The notes beneath the pieces were generated by a model. The model saw only the letters and a list, made by a program, of their open reading frames with translations. It was not told the DNA's origin and made no database searches. From Gammaproteobacteria bacterium (GTDB lineage Bacteria > Pseudomonadota > Gammaproteobacteria > VBWC01), in assembly GCA_006218035.1 (NCBI GenBank), contig VBWC01000010.1, positions 75,572 through 139,571 on the forward strand: 64,000 nucleotides of DNA, written 5' to 3'. The position numbers and the translations under genes are program-made. This document shows, one piece after another, positions 1 to 9,761 of the stretch (positions are counted from its first letter, which is position 1; each line of letters begins with the position of its first letter).

Positions 1-457
1 CGCGCGCCGCTCCTGCCGGGTCCGCGACCAGAATATGGACCTGACTCCAGTCCAGATCCGCACCACGCACCGTGATCTGCTGAACCTGGCCCTCGTAACG
101 GCGGGTGGTTCCGGCTTCAAAGGGAATCAATCCAACGGCGGCGATATTTCTTGCCTGAACCTGCGGGGCCGGCGCCGTGGCCAGCCCTGAAAACTGCTGC
201 ATACCGCCACCCATCGCGTCTGGAGCGGTCCCGGTTTGCGGCCATGCGGCCCCGGCAACGGTGGGCTGCTGCGGATAAGGTGCCTGGGGCGCGTCTACCG
301 GACCGGCGTCTTGAACCACGTGCGCCAGCCGATGCCCGACCCCGTTGCGACCGCCCTGATGCTGGCGGTCCCAGAAATTATCCGGCAGCAGGGCTCCGAT
401 GATAAGCCCGATTATAAAAATAAGGCCAAGACTGGTGATCCACTGCTCCGGCTTCAT
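1..457 (-). CDS. mamS: MamS-like magnetosome protein (partial; ORF runs off window start, ~152 codons in window)
   Basis: Hand-translated minus-strand ORF starting ATG at 455-457: MKPEQWITSLGLIFIIGLIIGALLPDNFWDRQ... One N-terminal TM helix then a soluble domain. Sits immediately downstream of mamB as in canonical mamAB operons. Not in the supplied ORF track because there is no stop inside the window. Confidence 0.5.
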   Translation of the reverse strand, partial: MKPEQWITSLGLIFIIGLIIGALLPDNFWDRQHQGGRNGVGHRLAHVVQDAGPVDAPQAPYPQQPTVAGAAWPQTGTAPDAMGGGMQQFSGLATAPAPQVQARNIAAVGLIPFEAGTTRRYEGQVQQITVRGADLDWSQVHILVADPAGAAR

Positions 458-503
458 CTCTCTACAACCGCACGTCGTTATACGCGGACGATACTCGCTG
501 GCG

Positions 504-1436
504 TCATTCGGCCATCGCAGGCACGGACGCCTTGCGACGGAAACTCCGCTGCGGCTTCTTGCCTGCCTCGACCGGTGTCACCGAAACGATAACGTCGCGC
601 ACGTGGGGAACCTCATCGAATATCCGCTGCCGGATCTCCGCCGCTATCCGGTCGCTTTCGCTGACCTTGATGCCGCGGTTAATATAGAGATTGATATCAA
701 GATGGGTGTCCTCACCGACATTCCGCCCCCTGAGATAGCAGACACCGTCAACCTTCGGATGCTCCTTGGCAATGCGATAGACGTCCTTGAGCACGTCGAT
801 ATCGACCGAGGAATCCATCAATCCCTTCACGGCATCCATATTAAGCTCGATGCCGATCTTGGCGACCAGAATGCCGACGCCAATCGCCGCAATCTCATCG
901 GCGATCGGAAATCCCGAGACCGCGAACACGATCCCGATCAACACGGCTACCGAGGAAATCGCATCGGAACGATTATCCCAGGCGTTTGCGATGATCGCCG
1001 GGCTGTTGTTCTCCCTGCCTACGCAACCCTGGTAACGAAACATCAACTCATTCACCAGCACCGATACGCCGGCGCCGAGCATCGCAAAAGCGTTGGGGGA
1101 CGAGAGATTGCCGATAATAATCGCGTGCAGCGATTCGTACATGATGTACAGCGCGCCGAAAAACAGGATCAGCCCGACAATCGACGACGAAATGTACTGG
1201 ATATTTCCATAACCGTAGGGGTGATCCTCGTCCGGGGGTCGCGACGACAGCTTCAGGCTGAATAACGTTACCGAGGTTGCCACGACGTCAGCGCCCGAAT
1301 GAACGGCATCTGCCACCAGGGCCGCGCTGCCGGTAATGATTCCCATGGCGCCCTTGTAAAACACCAGGCCGATGTTGACGAATAACGCCCACCACACGAC
1401 CTCGTCCCGGCATAGCTTGCAACGTTCGTATCTCAT
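504..1436 (-). CDS. mamB: Magnetosome cation diffusion facilitator MamB (CDF family Fe transporter)
   Basis: 310 aa. The N-terminus MRYERCKLCRDEVVWW, the HSGADVV motif and the NSPAIIANAWDNRSDAISS block closely match my recollection of Magnetospirillum MamB (MKFENCRDCREEVVWW...). CDF TM domain plus C-terminal domain. ATG start overlaps the mamR stop. Confidence 0.9.
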   Translation of the reverse strand: MRYERCKLCRDEVVWWALFVNIGLVFYKGAMGIITGSAALVADAVHSGADVVATSVTLFSLKLSSRPPDEDHPYGYGNIQYISSSIVGLILFFGALYIMYESLHAIIIGNLSSPNAFAMLGAGVSVLVNELMFRYQGCVGRENNSPAIIANAWDNRSDAISSVAVLIGIVFAVSGFPIADEIAAIGVGILVAKIGIELNMDAVKGLMDSSVDIDVLKDVYRIAKEHPKVDGVCYLRGRNVGEDTHLDINLYINRGIKVSESDRIAAEIRQRIFDEVPHVRDVIVSVTPVEAGKKPQRSFRRKASVPAMAE

Positions 1437-1684
1437 TTGTGCAAATATTCCAGTATCGCCTGCCCGGGAACCCGATAGTTCCCACCCACCTGCTTGCCAC
1501 GCATTTCTCCTGCGCGCAGCAACCTGATGACACTACGCCGGTCGGTATTCAGGAATCGCGCAACATCGGCCGTGTTATAAATTCTGTGCGGCTTGATCTC
1601 GCGCGTCGACAGGTCATGCAAATCCTTGACCGCGACGATCATCGACAGCACCGCGCCGGCGCGCACCAGGGCTGTCCAGATCAT
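1433..1684 (-). CDS. mamR: MamR-like small magnetosome protein (predicted HTH/DNA-binding-like fold)
   Basis: 83 aa small basic protein between mamQ and mamB, with 4-nt overlaps to both neighbours (ATGA). Position and size match MamR. Confidence 0.6.
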   Translation of the reverse strand: MIWTALVRAGAVLSMIVAVKDLHDLSTREIKPHRIYNTADVARFLNTDRRSVIRLLRAGEMRGKQVGGNYRVPGQAILEYLHK

Positions 1685-2526
1685 TTTGTTATCCCCGGCG
1701 TACCAGGTATCAATTGCCTGTATAGCTCGGGCTCGAGGACCGGATTATCCGAGCCTCCGAACGACATATGAACATAATCCATACGCGAGAAACCCGTGAC
1801 GTCGGCCAGCATCTTCCAGGGGAAACGGCTGATTTCCTGGTTATACATACGGAGTGCTTCGTGATACTGGACCGTTCTCAGCGCAATGCGATCCTCCATC
1901 TCGACCAGAGAATCCATCATGTGTTTGTATGTTTCGGATGACTTGATATTCGGATATTGCTCAACGACCGCCAACAACCGGCCGATCGAAGATTCCATCC
2001 CGCCGCTACCGGCCAGCGCCTTTTCCATGGACTCCGCGAAGCCTTTATCTATCGACGGCAACCCCTGAGCCGCGGCCGCGCCGGCACCGTCCGCTCCAGC
2101 GAACTGTTTCAACAGATCGGTCTTCGCGTCGTCCGGGATCTTCGAGTTCTTGATAATCTCCGCACGCATCTTCGATGTCGTCGAAAACACGTCATGCTCG
2201 AGTTCGGCGTGACTCAACGTAAGCTTGACAAGGTTACCGAAAAGATTCGCGCGGCGTTGATACGCAGCATCCATATTGTATTTCTTCGAAATCGAGTCCT
2301 CTCGCAGCTTGATAAAGTGATTGAACTTGAGCGCCATGATCGCCATGGTCAACACCAGCCCCGCCACGGTGATCCAGAGCATCACCCTGAGATTACGCAC
2401 CCGGGTGACTACCGCCGGCGGGTTCAGCTCGTCGTGATAGAGCTCGCGCAGTAACGCGCCGGGCTGCTGGATGCGCCGGAACTCGGCGTTATCCAGTTCA
2501 TCGTAACTGTCAAATGATTGAGGCAT
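1681..2526 (-). CDS. mamQ: MamQ, LemA-family magnetosome membrane protein
   Basis: 281 aa. N-terminal TM helix then a LemA-like coiled domain. Located between mamA and mamR as in Magnetospirillum. Confidence 0.75.
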   Translation of the reverse strand: MPQSFDSYDELDNAEFRRIQQPGALLRELYHDELNPPAVVTRVRNLRVMLWITVAGLVLTMAIMALKFNHFIKLREDSISKKYNMDAAYQRRANLFGNLVKLTLSHAELEHDVFSTTSKMRAEIIKNSKIPDDAKTDLLKQFAGADGAGAAAAQGLPSIDKGFAESMEKALAGSGGMESSIGRLLAVVEQYPNIKSSETYKHMMDSLVEMEDRIALRTVQYHEALRMYNQEISRFPWKMLADVTGFSRMDYVHMSFGGSDNPVLEPELYRQLIPGTPGITK

Positions 2527-2571
2527 ACACTATCACCGCCAGTAATGTATCAGATGAGCCCAGTTTAGCGA

Positions 2572-3222
2572 CTACTTCGCCGCCGTTTCCTCAAGTTCAT
2601 TCGCGCGCTTGTAATGCTCTACGGCAGTCTCGCGATTACCCTGCAGCTCATAGGCGAAACCGATCGCGCGATGCAACTTGGATTCATTCGGTCGCAGCTC
2701 GAGCGCTGCCTTGAAGCACTCGATCGCCTTGTCATGCTGCTTCAGGTGATCATAGGCGACACCCAGTTTGTATTTCAGATTGAAATTCTCCGGATTCCGC
2801 TCGCTGGCCAGCTCCAGCAGGGAAACCGCCTTGTCGAACTGTTCGAGCTGTGTGTAGGCAATACCCAGCACCGACGCGATGCGGACGGAATCCGGGTGCG
2901 TCACCTGAGCCTCCTCCAGCAGCGCGACCCCGTCTTCGATTTGACCCGTTTTGAGATAGCTCATGCCCAGATACAGCGTGATTTCCGGATCTTCCGGGTC
3001 CTCCTGATGCAGCGTCGCCAGCAATGGCAAGGCCTTCGCATAGGCCTTCTTCTTGGCGTAGGCAAGACCTTTATTGCGGTAAAAATTGGCGCGCGTGTTC
3101 TCGTCTATGGTAAACAGGGAGTGAAACCCCGAGATCATGCCATTAGCCACCCGCTTTGCAACGTTGGCGCTCGCCACTGCGTACAATTCCACCGTGTCAC
3201 CAATGTTCATTCGCTGAGTCAT
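2572..3222 (-). CDS. mamA: MamA, TPR-repeat magnetosome-associated protein
   Basis: 216 aa composed of TPR repeats (LGMSYLKTGQ, LGIAYTQLEQFDKA, YKLGVAYDHLKQHDKAIECF). Size and position (after mamP, before mamQ) match MamA. GGAGG SD upstream of the ATG. Confidence 0.8.
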   Translation of the reverse strand: MTQRMNIGDTVELYAVASANVAKRVANGMISGFHSLFTIDENTRANFYRNKGLAYAKKKAYAKALPLLATLHQEDPEDPEITLYLGMSYLKTGQIEDGVALLEEAQVTHPDSVRIASVLGIAYTQLEQFDKAVSLLELASERNPENFNLKYKLGVAYDHLKQHDKAIECFKAALELRPNESKLHRAIGFAYELQGNRETAVEHYKRANELEETAAK

Positions 3223-3380
3223 TACGTCCTACCTCCAACAGGTAAATTTTTATCAGTTTCGTTCACAACCGCCGACCCGGACTCCGACCGCTGCTTTGCT
3301 ATCGGAGCATCCGAATCCCACCTTATCGATCCTCGACATATCATTCCGTGCGTCCCTCTCGTAAACACCTGTCAATCGTC

Positions 3381-4400
3381 CTATAAACGCAGCTTGATAA
3401 TGTGACACGCGATACACGGCCCGCGGTCCTGATGCGGTTGCTGCTTGTGATCCGCCTGCGCCTGGGTAATCGGCGGCGGATTCATCGTAACCATATCCGG
3501 GTCCGGCGTCAGCTCCCAGCCGGTACCAATCGCATGACAGTTGGTGCAGGGGCCACGATCCGGATGCGGCCGCTGAGCGCCCGGCATAATCATCCCCGCG
3601 CCTTCCAGTTGAGCAAACCCGAGTTCCGCATCGGTACGCAGCGTCAGAGACATACCGCGCATTTGGTAACGCCCCGTGGCGGCATCCATCACATTCGTCT
3701 TGCGCAACACCGTCATTGACGACTCCTGCAGGGTCTTGACGGTTTTGGTTGCCGCCTGGAACTCCTCCAGTGTCGGCACCGCGATGTTGTTGACTTGAGT
3801 AATCACGTCGCCACCCAGTAGACCCGACATCGACGCTTCCATCGTTACCTGGCCGACCAGTATGCCGAGAAGACCGGAGGGAAACCGGAGTTTGGCCCGC
3901 ATTTCACTATCGAGCCGACGCACATCCATGCCCATCCAGTGCGCCTCGTCCACCGCCATGTTTTTCGGAATAAAGTTTGGCGGAACCTCAGGGGCAAATT
4001 CGTTGCCCGGCGGCGGCGACCCGGCCACGGTGGGCTGAACTGGGTCCACCGCAACACCGTTCATTCCCATGTCGGTCGTGTTGGCGATCGCGACAAATTG
4101 CGGGCCGCCCTGTTGCGGCGCCCCAAACATTGCCTGCACTGCAGCCGGGTTGCCGGCGGGATCGAGCTGCGCGGCATTCATCGGGTTCATGTTCTGTAGA
4201 TTGGCAATCGCACCGGCATCGATCGGGACACCTGGCGCCGGAAAGTTCCCGACAGCGGTGCCCGGTATCGGCGTGCCATCCGCCTGCAATGCGGTGTTCG
4301 ACGACGACCGCGTCACGAAATTATCGCCATACAACGCGAACATCACGGTCACCACCAATATGATCAGAACTACGCCAGGAAAGAAGCCGTCGAATTTCAT
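3381..4400 (-). CDS. mamP: MamP, PDZ plus double magnetochrome (CXXCH) c-type cytochrome
   Basis: 339 aa. N-terminal TM helix. Two CXXCH heme motifs near the C-terminus (GPCTNCHAIGTGW and GPCIACHIIKLRL), typical of magnetochrome domains. Long Pro/Ala/Gly-rich linker. Confidence 0.8.
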   Translation of the reverse strand: MKFDGFFPGVVLIILVVTVMFALYGDNFVTRSSSNTALQADGTPIPGTAVGNFPAPGVPIDAGAIANLQNMNPMNAAQLDPAGNPAAVQAMFGAPQQGGPQFVAIANTTDMGMNGVAVDPVQPTVAGSPPPGNEFAPEVPPNFIPKNMAVDEAHWMGMDVRRLDSEMRAKLRFPSGLLGILVGQVTMEASMSGLLGGDVITQVNNIAVPTLEEFQAATKTVKTLQESSMTVLRKTNVMDAATGRYQMRGMSLTLRTDAELGFAQLEGAGMIMPGAQRPHPDRGPCTNCHAIGTGWELTPDPDMVTMNPPPITQAQADHKQQPHQDRGPCIACHIIKLRL

Positions 4401-4423
4401 CTTTACACATCATTTCCAATAGT

Positions 4424-6457
4424 TCATGGACGGAAGAAAAGCATTTTGACCGCGATCGCCAACATGATGGCCATGTAGAGCCACTTCAACGCCACGATCG
4501 GCAACACCTTCATCAATTTAGCGCCGAGGATGCCACCGAAATACGCGCCCGGGATCATGATCAACGCGAGTGTAATAGGTGTCTGCCACTCGATCAGGCC
4601 GGTGCTGATGCCGTGCGAAAATGCCACGATGGCGCCGCCGACCGAGGCCCAGAATACCAGCACGGAGCTGTTCGCGATCGCGTTACGCAGAGGCACTTTC
4701 CCGAGATATCGCTGCAATGGCACCTCGACCACGCCACCGCTGATTCCCAGAATACCGCTGATCAGGCCCATCGGCAGTCCCAGCGCCGCATGCTTCGTTG
4801 CGTTTTCCGGTGTGCCGATGAACGATACCTGCTCATCCTGGTCGCCATTCCCCGTTGCCAGCAGATCGTCCATGATTTCGTCATCGGAGGCGCGCCGCGC
4901 ATCACTCGGGTCCTTGATCAGGATCTGCTCCTGATCGTCGACAAAAATCTCCATGAACGCCTTGATCGCCATCAGCAATGCAAAAATGCCGAGCATGTAG
5001 TAAATCACCACTTCGCCGACCGAATTGCCGATGAAATACCCGACGACGACACCCACCACCGCCCATGGCGCAAGCGCGCGAACGTTATCCCACATCACCA
5101 GGCCGGCATTATGGTTACGATAGGCTGACGCGCCGTATACAAAGATATTGGTCAGATAGGCTACCGGGCGGATCAGGTACATACCGTAACCGAAAAATAC
5201 CATCATGCCGGCGACTTGAATGACCCCGCCACCCATGGTCATCATGCCACCGGTGATACCGGCAACTAACGCCAGCAATGCCAGCCCGAGGATGTTCTCG
5301 AGCGGATGTCCGCCAATGCGCGGCCCGAGCAGATGTTCCGGATCGAGAATCCCCGCGGAAATACCTGGATCCAGCATCATCGCCGCCGCCGCGGGATTGC
5401 CCCCCATGGCGCCGGCCATCGGCGGCACACCGACATTATTGCCCGCGATGTTCATGCCCAGCAGCGGACCGGAACTACCGGAAACCTGCGCCTGCGCCTT
5501 GGCCCACCACGCGGCGGACCCGCCGGTCATGCCGCCGGAACCTGCCGGCGACACCATGCCAGCCACTTGCACCACGGACGGCGCATTACTGGCGCCCGTC
5601 CCGGCCGCCTGCGGACCCGGCGCGCGCGCTGGCGTAACCGTGCCTTTGCCGAGCTTGAATTTAAGCACATCCTGGAAATGCGCCATGATCACATGCGACG
5701 GCACGGCGAATCCTTCAACAGTGCCGTTGGGACGAGTCACGGCAATACTGATACCGACCAGTTCACCACGTCCGTTTACCAGCGGCCCGCCGGATTGCTC
5801 CCAGGTGTAAATGGCGTTGGTGCCGAGCAAGTGCGACACACGGATCGTCTCCGGCTGGATCGTCATATTGATACTGGTCAGCGACCCGGGTCTGACCAGC
5901 GCATTCCCCTGAATGCCCTGACCAAAACCGAATACCGGATCGCCGGTCTGCAACACCTGCGTATCCGCAAGCGTCAGATAGAGGAAGCGATCCTGCGTCA
6001 GCATCTTCAGTAAAACGATGTCATGATCGGGCATCGATTTGACGATCGTTGCGTCATACCGCCTGACCCCCTGGGGCGTTTTTACCATCACATTGATGGC
6101 GGGCAGTTCCACTACCGAGTGCAACGTAGTCAGTACATAACCGCCTGAACCGACGATCGCGCCCGATGCCAGCGTGCCGGAATTGATGCCGGGTCCGCTG
6201 ATGCCGACCACCGCCGGTGGAATCGCATCGTAGAGAAACTGGATGTCGGGATTGGCTGATTCCTGGTAAAAACCGCGAATGGCGAATTCCTCCAGTTCCA
6301 CCTCGCCTTCGTTCATCGCGCCCCGTATCAGGTAGAACCCCCAGATAAATGTCAGTATCAACGCCGCGGTAAGCGCGAAGGCCGGGATACGCCACGGGCG
6401 TTTACAGAACAACACCGTGTTCGGGACGAGTTGAGCGGCTTTGTGTCCAGGTTGCAT
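4424..6457 (-). CDS. mamO: MamO, trypsin-like protease domain fused to TauE/SafE-like transporter domain
   Basis: 677 aa. The N-terminal part has an HtrA/trypsin-like fold (LTTLHSVV, DHDIVLLKM, EQSGGPLVNG). The C-terminal half is polytopic with TauE-like repeats. Position between mamN and mamP. No SD seen at the listed start, so the true start may be internal. Confidence 0.8.
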   Translation of the reverse strand: MQPGHKAAQLVPNTVLFCKRPWRIPAFALTAALILTFIWGFYLIRGAMNEGEVELEEFAIRGFYQESANPDIQFLYDAIPPAVVGISGPGINSGTLASGAIVGSGGYVLTTLHSVVELPAINVMVKTPQGVRRYDATIVKSMPDHDIVLLKMLTQDRFLYLTLADTQVLQTGDPVFGFGQGIQGNALVRPGSLTSINMTIQPETIRVSHLLGTNAIYTWEQSGGPLVNGRGELVGISIAVTRPNGTVEGFAVPSHVIMAHFQDVLKFKLGKGTVTPARAPGPQAAGTGASNAPSVVQVAGMVSPAGSGGMTGGSAAWWAKAQAQVSGSSGPLLGMNIAGNNVGVPPMAGAMGGNPAAAAMMLDPGISAGILDPEHLLGPRIGGHPLENILGLALLALVAGITGGMMTMGGGVIQVAGMMVFFGYGMYLIRPVAYLTNIFVYGASAYRNHNAGLVMWDNVRALAPWAVVGVVVGYFIGNSVGEVVIYYMLGIFALLMAIKAFMEIFVDDQEQILIKDPSDARRASDDEIMDDLLATGNGDQDEQVSFIGTPENATKHAALGLPMGLISGILGISGGVVEVPLQRYLGKVPLRNAIANSSVLVFWASVGGAIVAFSHGISTGLIEWQTPITLALIMIPGAYFGGILGAKLMKVLPIVALKWLYMAIMLAIAVKMLFFRP

Positions 6458-6500
6458 ACTTTTATAATCCTGCTAAAACCTCAAAAAACAGCCGAGTTCA

Positions 6501-7832
6501 TCAGCGCGCTGTGATCATGACGTAGATCGTGGACAGCACCAGAAACAAAAACATGATCGGCAATCCCCAGCGCAAATAACTCTTGAAATCGAGTGTCGCA
6601 TTGCCGGACATCGTATCGCGCATTTCGGGGTGTGCGGCGACAAAACGTTCGAGATGCGAGGCCGCCACCGACCCCGCCGTCGCGCCGGTCAGCGACGCAG
6701 ACGACCCTGCCAGTATCCCCAGCGACAAGGCCCACCAGACGACCGGATCACCGGCCGAGAGATACATGTCACCGGCCACGGGTACCAGAAACGCTGTCGC
6801 CGCACCGGCATTCAAAAATATCGCCGCCACCGCCGCCAGCCACATCAACACAATCAATTGCAGCACTTCATAGCCACCGCTTACACCATAGATAAACCAC
6901 TCGAATCCCCGCAGCACACCGGCCGCCGCCAGGCCACCAACCATGACAAACAGGCCGGTGAAAAATAATATGTCGCCACCACCACAGGCGGAAAACAGTG
7001 AATCTCGATCAAAGCGTCCAAGCGACAGCGCCAGAAATCCGGTCCACAACGCTATCCACGCCGGGCTGAGACCAAAACGCTCCGCCACCAAAAACCCGAC
7101 CAGCGCAGCCGCCAGCAGCACCAACCCGACCTTCAGCAAGTACGGTTCATACGGTTGCTCGCGGACCGCGTCTCGCATCGCCGCCACGAGTTTGCCATTA
7201 CCTGGAGAGCGCCCGCCATCGATATCGATGTCGTTGCGTCGCCACTGAAAATACGCAAACATCGCCGCCAGCAGAATCAGGCACGGCACCATCATGCCGC
7301 TGATGAAATCGATGAAATGCAAATGAGCGGCCGACGCTATGATCATATTGGGAAAATCGCCGATCATTGTGGAAGCGCCACCAAGATTCGACGCGACAAC
7401 CTCTGCAATCAGTATCGGGATCGGATTGATTTCTATCTGGTGACAGATTGCCAGGGTCACCGGCAGGATTACCACCATCGCCGAGAGATTATTAACCAGC
7501 ATCGAAAGCCCGTATGTCCCGAGCGAGAAGATCACCAGCACCCACCAGCCGTTGCCCATCGAATGGACAGCCATACGTTTGGCGACCACGCCAAACACGC
7601 CTGATTTAGCGAGCAACGCCGACACCAGAGACATGCCAAATATCAGCGCCAGCGTTTCGAAATAAATAGCATCAATCGCCTGCGCAAGCGGGTAGATGCC
7701 GGACACAAGACCGAACAGCAACATTACACCGGCGCCGGCCATGACCGCCGTTTTCCGCTCGACCATACCGCGGAATATCAGCGTAAACACGCCGCCAAAT
7801 ATGGCGATGGCGATTAACGCATTGGCGCTCAT
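6501..7832 (-). CDS. mamN: MamN, NhaD/ArsB-type ion transporter family permease
   Basis: 443 aa polytopic permease of the CitMHS/ArsB fold. Start ATG overlaps the mamM stop by 1 nt. Position between mamM and mamO. Confidence 0.75.
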   Translation of the reverse strand: MSANALIAIAIFGGVFTLIFRGMVERKTAVMAGAGVMLLFGLVSGIYPLAQAIDAIYFETLALIFGMSLVSALLAKSGVFGVVAKRMAVHSMGNGWWVLVIFSLGTYGLSMLVNNLSAMVVILPVTLAICHQIEINPIPILIAEVVASNLGGASTMIGDFPNMIIASAAHLHFIDFISGMMVPCLILLAAMFAYFQWRRNDIDIDGGRSPGNGKLVAAMRDAVREQPYEPYLLKVGLVLLAAALVGFLVAERFGLSPAWIALWTGFLALSLGRFDRDSLFSACGGGDILFFTGLFVMVGGLAAAGVLRGFEWFIYGVSGGYEVLQLIVLMWLAAVAAIFLNAGAATAFLVPVAGDMYLSAGDPVVWWALSLGILAGSSASLTGATAGSVAASHLERFVAAHPEMRDTMSGNATLDFKSYLRWGLPIMFLFLVLSTIYVMITAR

Positions 7833-8866
7833 CAGTCCAGTACGCTCTCCAGATCTAGCGACAGATCCTTGCTGGGATTCGTTCCCGCAGCGGTGCTGCA
7901 GCCTTTCGACTTGCTGCAGCCCGCCGCCTGCTCGCAGCCAGCCGCGGCCTCCGAAGGAATCGCCGCCGCTTCCTGCACGACGCTCCGCACGGTTTCTGAC
8001 TGAAACTTGATCTGCACCAGCCCGAGATTGGGGATGCGCCGGCTCATATTGTGATGTACGGCGTCGGTAATACTGTGCGCTTCCTCAACGGTAATGTCAG
8101 GATCGACGCGCAATACGACCTCGGCCATGAGTTCCTGACCAATATATCGCGTGCGCAGGTGGTTGACCTCGTGCACACCTTTCGTCGCCTTCGCGATCTC
8201 GACGATCTTTTCCCGCATCGGCTTCGACACCGAACGGTCCATCAGCCCGCGATATGAATCCCGGAAAACCTCTCCGCCAAGGAACATCAGGTGCATAGTT
8301 TCGAACAATGCGACCAGCGTATCGATCCACGGCATACCCAAATAGTTCGCGCCGAGAATACCGACCGCCACCGCCGCCGACGAAGTCGCATCAGCGTGAT
8401 GGTGATGCGACAGGGTGCGTACCATCGGACTGTTGGCTTCGATGGCGACGCAGCGCGAATAGTAATACATGACCACATTGACGGCGATCGAGATCAACGC
8501 CGCCCATAACGCGATCAGGTGCGGTGTACGATGTGTGCTGCTGTCCAGCAGAAGTTGCAAGGCGTGGACAAAAAGCAGCGCGGTTATAAACAGAAACACG
8601 ACGCTGATCATCAGCGACAGAATGAATTCGATTTTTCCGTGACCATACGGATGATCACGATCCAGCGGCTGCCCGGAAACATTGACGCCGACGATCACCA
8701 GTATCGATGTCACGACATCCTTGGCCGAATACATCGCGTCGGCCAGCAGTGCGCTCGAGCCTGCGATCAGTCCGACGAAGCTCTTCATCAGCATCAGCGC
8801 CGAGTTGGTCACCAGACCGACCCAGCCGACTGATCTAAAACACCACAGACACTCTTTATATCTCAT
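7832..8866 (-). CDS. mamM: Magnetosome cation diffusion facilitator MamM
   Basis: 344 aa. N-terminus MRYKECLWCFRSVGWVGL and the blocks LADAMYSAKDV, DHPYGHGKIEFILS, TPHLIALWAALISI and NSPMVRTLSHHHHADATSS match my recollection of MamM (MRKSGCAVCSRSIGWVGL...). CDF family. Confidence 0.9.
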   Translation of the reverse strand: MRYKECLWCFRSVGWVGLVTNSALMLMKSFVGLIAGSSALLADAMYSAKDVVTSILVIVGVNVSGQPLDRDHPYGHGKIEFILSLMISVVFLFITALLFVHALQLLLDSSTHRTPHLIALWAALISIAVNVVMYYYSRCVAIEANSPMVRTLSHHHHADATSSAAVAVGILGANYLGMPWIDTLVALFETMHLMFLGGEVFRDSYRGLMDRSVSKPMREKIVEIAKATKGVHEVNHLRTRYIGQELMAEVVLRVDPDITVEEAHSITDAVHHNMSRRIPNLGLVQIKFQSETVRSVVQEAAAIPSEAAAGCEQAAGCSKSKGCSTAAGTNPSKDLSLDLESVLD

Positions 8867-9024
8867 CGCGACGTATCGCTCCGACTGCGAACACTCATTC
8901 AGCTACCAACAAACACCGGATCGTTGCATCTACGGTATTTGCAAAACGCAAAACACCGATCCAGCGAGCAACTGATCCCGTCCAACGCCGTCGTTATCCT
9001 GCCAACCGTTCCGCGGACAATGCG

Positions 9025-9309
9025 CTATTCTCGCTTGCGAGCCAATTCTTTTGGCCCCATGGTCGCGCGCATCAATTCCCTGTTGCGACCCGCACTCTTG
9101 CGGCGGCCTCCTTTGGCTGCCCTGAATACCACCGCCAGCAATGCGAACGCATAACCGACGATGAATGCCATCACCACAACAACAATCAATGGCACTTGAA
9201 CCGGCGGCCCGACCAATAAATACACCGGCACCATATCCATATTTTGTGACGCAAAGATGCCGATCGCGACAATGACTAAAAAGTAAAAAATTACCCTTAA
9301 AATGAACAT
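9025..9309 (-). CDS. mamL: MamL-like small two-TM magnetosome protein with basic C-terminal tail
   Basis: Track ORF 9025..9393, but the likely start is the internal Met (MFILRVIFYFLVIVAIG...) at 9307-9309, giving ~94 aa. Two hydrophobic helices then a KGGRRKSAGRNR basic tail. Lies between mamK and mamM. Confidence 0.6.
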   Translation of the reverse strand: MFILRVIFYFLVIVAIGIFASQNMDMVPVYLLVGPPVQVPLIVVVVMAFIVGYAFALLAVVFRAAKGGRRKSAGRNRELMRATMGPKELARKRE

Positions 9310-9761
9310 TACCGTGTTGAGCGCGCGCGTATCTTTTCTGTCACGGGTTAGTCTGTCAGTGCTGCCAGCGTCCGTCAACAACAACAGCAACAAAAAGAAA
9401 TACTTAATAACAACGATTGTTATTTATTTCTGTTCACTCAACACGAAACTGCGCGGACTGCCAGGTGAGAACTACCGGAGAGAAACGACGGGCTACAATG
9501 CATCGGCGTGGCAAACAATGAATTTACATTTTGTGCGCGACACACCACATGCAAACGTAATGAGAATAGTTTCAATAAACGAGAACTCGTTAAGGGTTTG
9601 GTGCTACAAGAATCTGCACGACAATACAAACCAGCGACGGTGATTTCACGGCAGCGGCAATGACCGTGATATGGGCACGCGTATTCGCGCCATTAACGGT
9701 TACAGCGCGTCGTTATCGCCGGTCCGGCGGGATATCTCCGGACAAATCGCAGTACGCACGG

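Noticed and set aside
9438-9629. 63-aa minus-strand ORF in the mamK-mamL AT-rich gap
   Set aside because: No ribosome-binding site and an odd Cys/Ser-rich composition. Probably non-coding.
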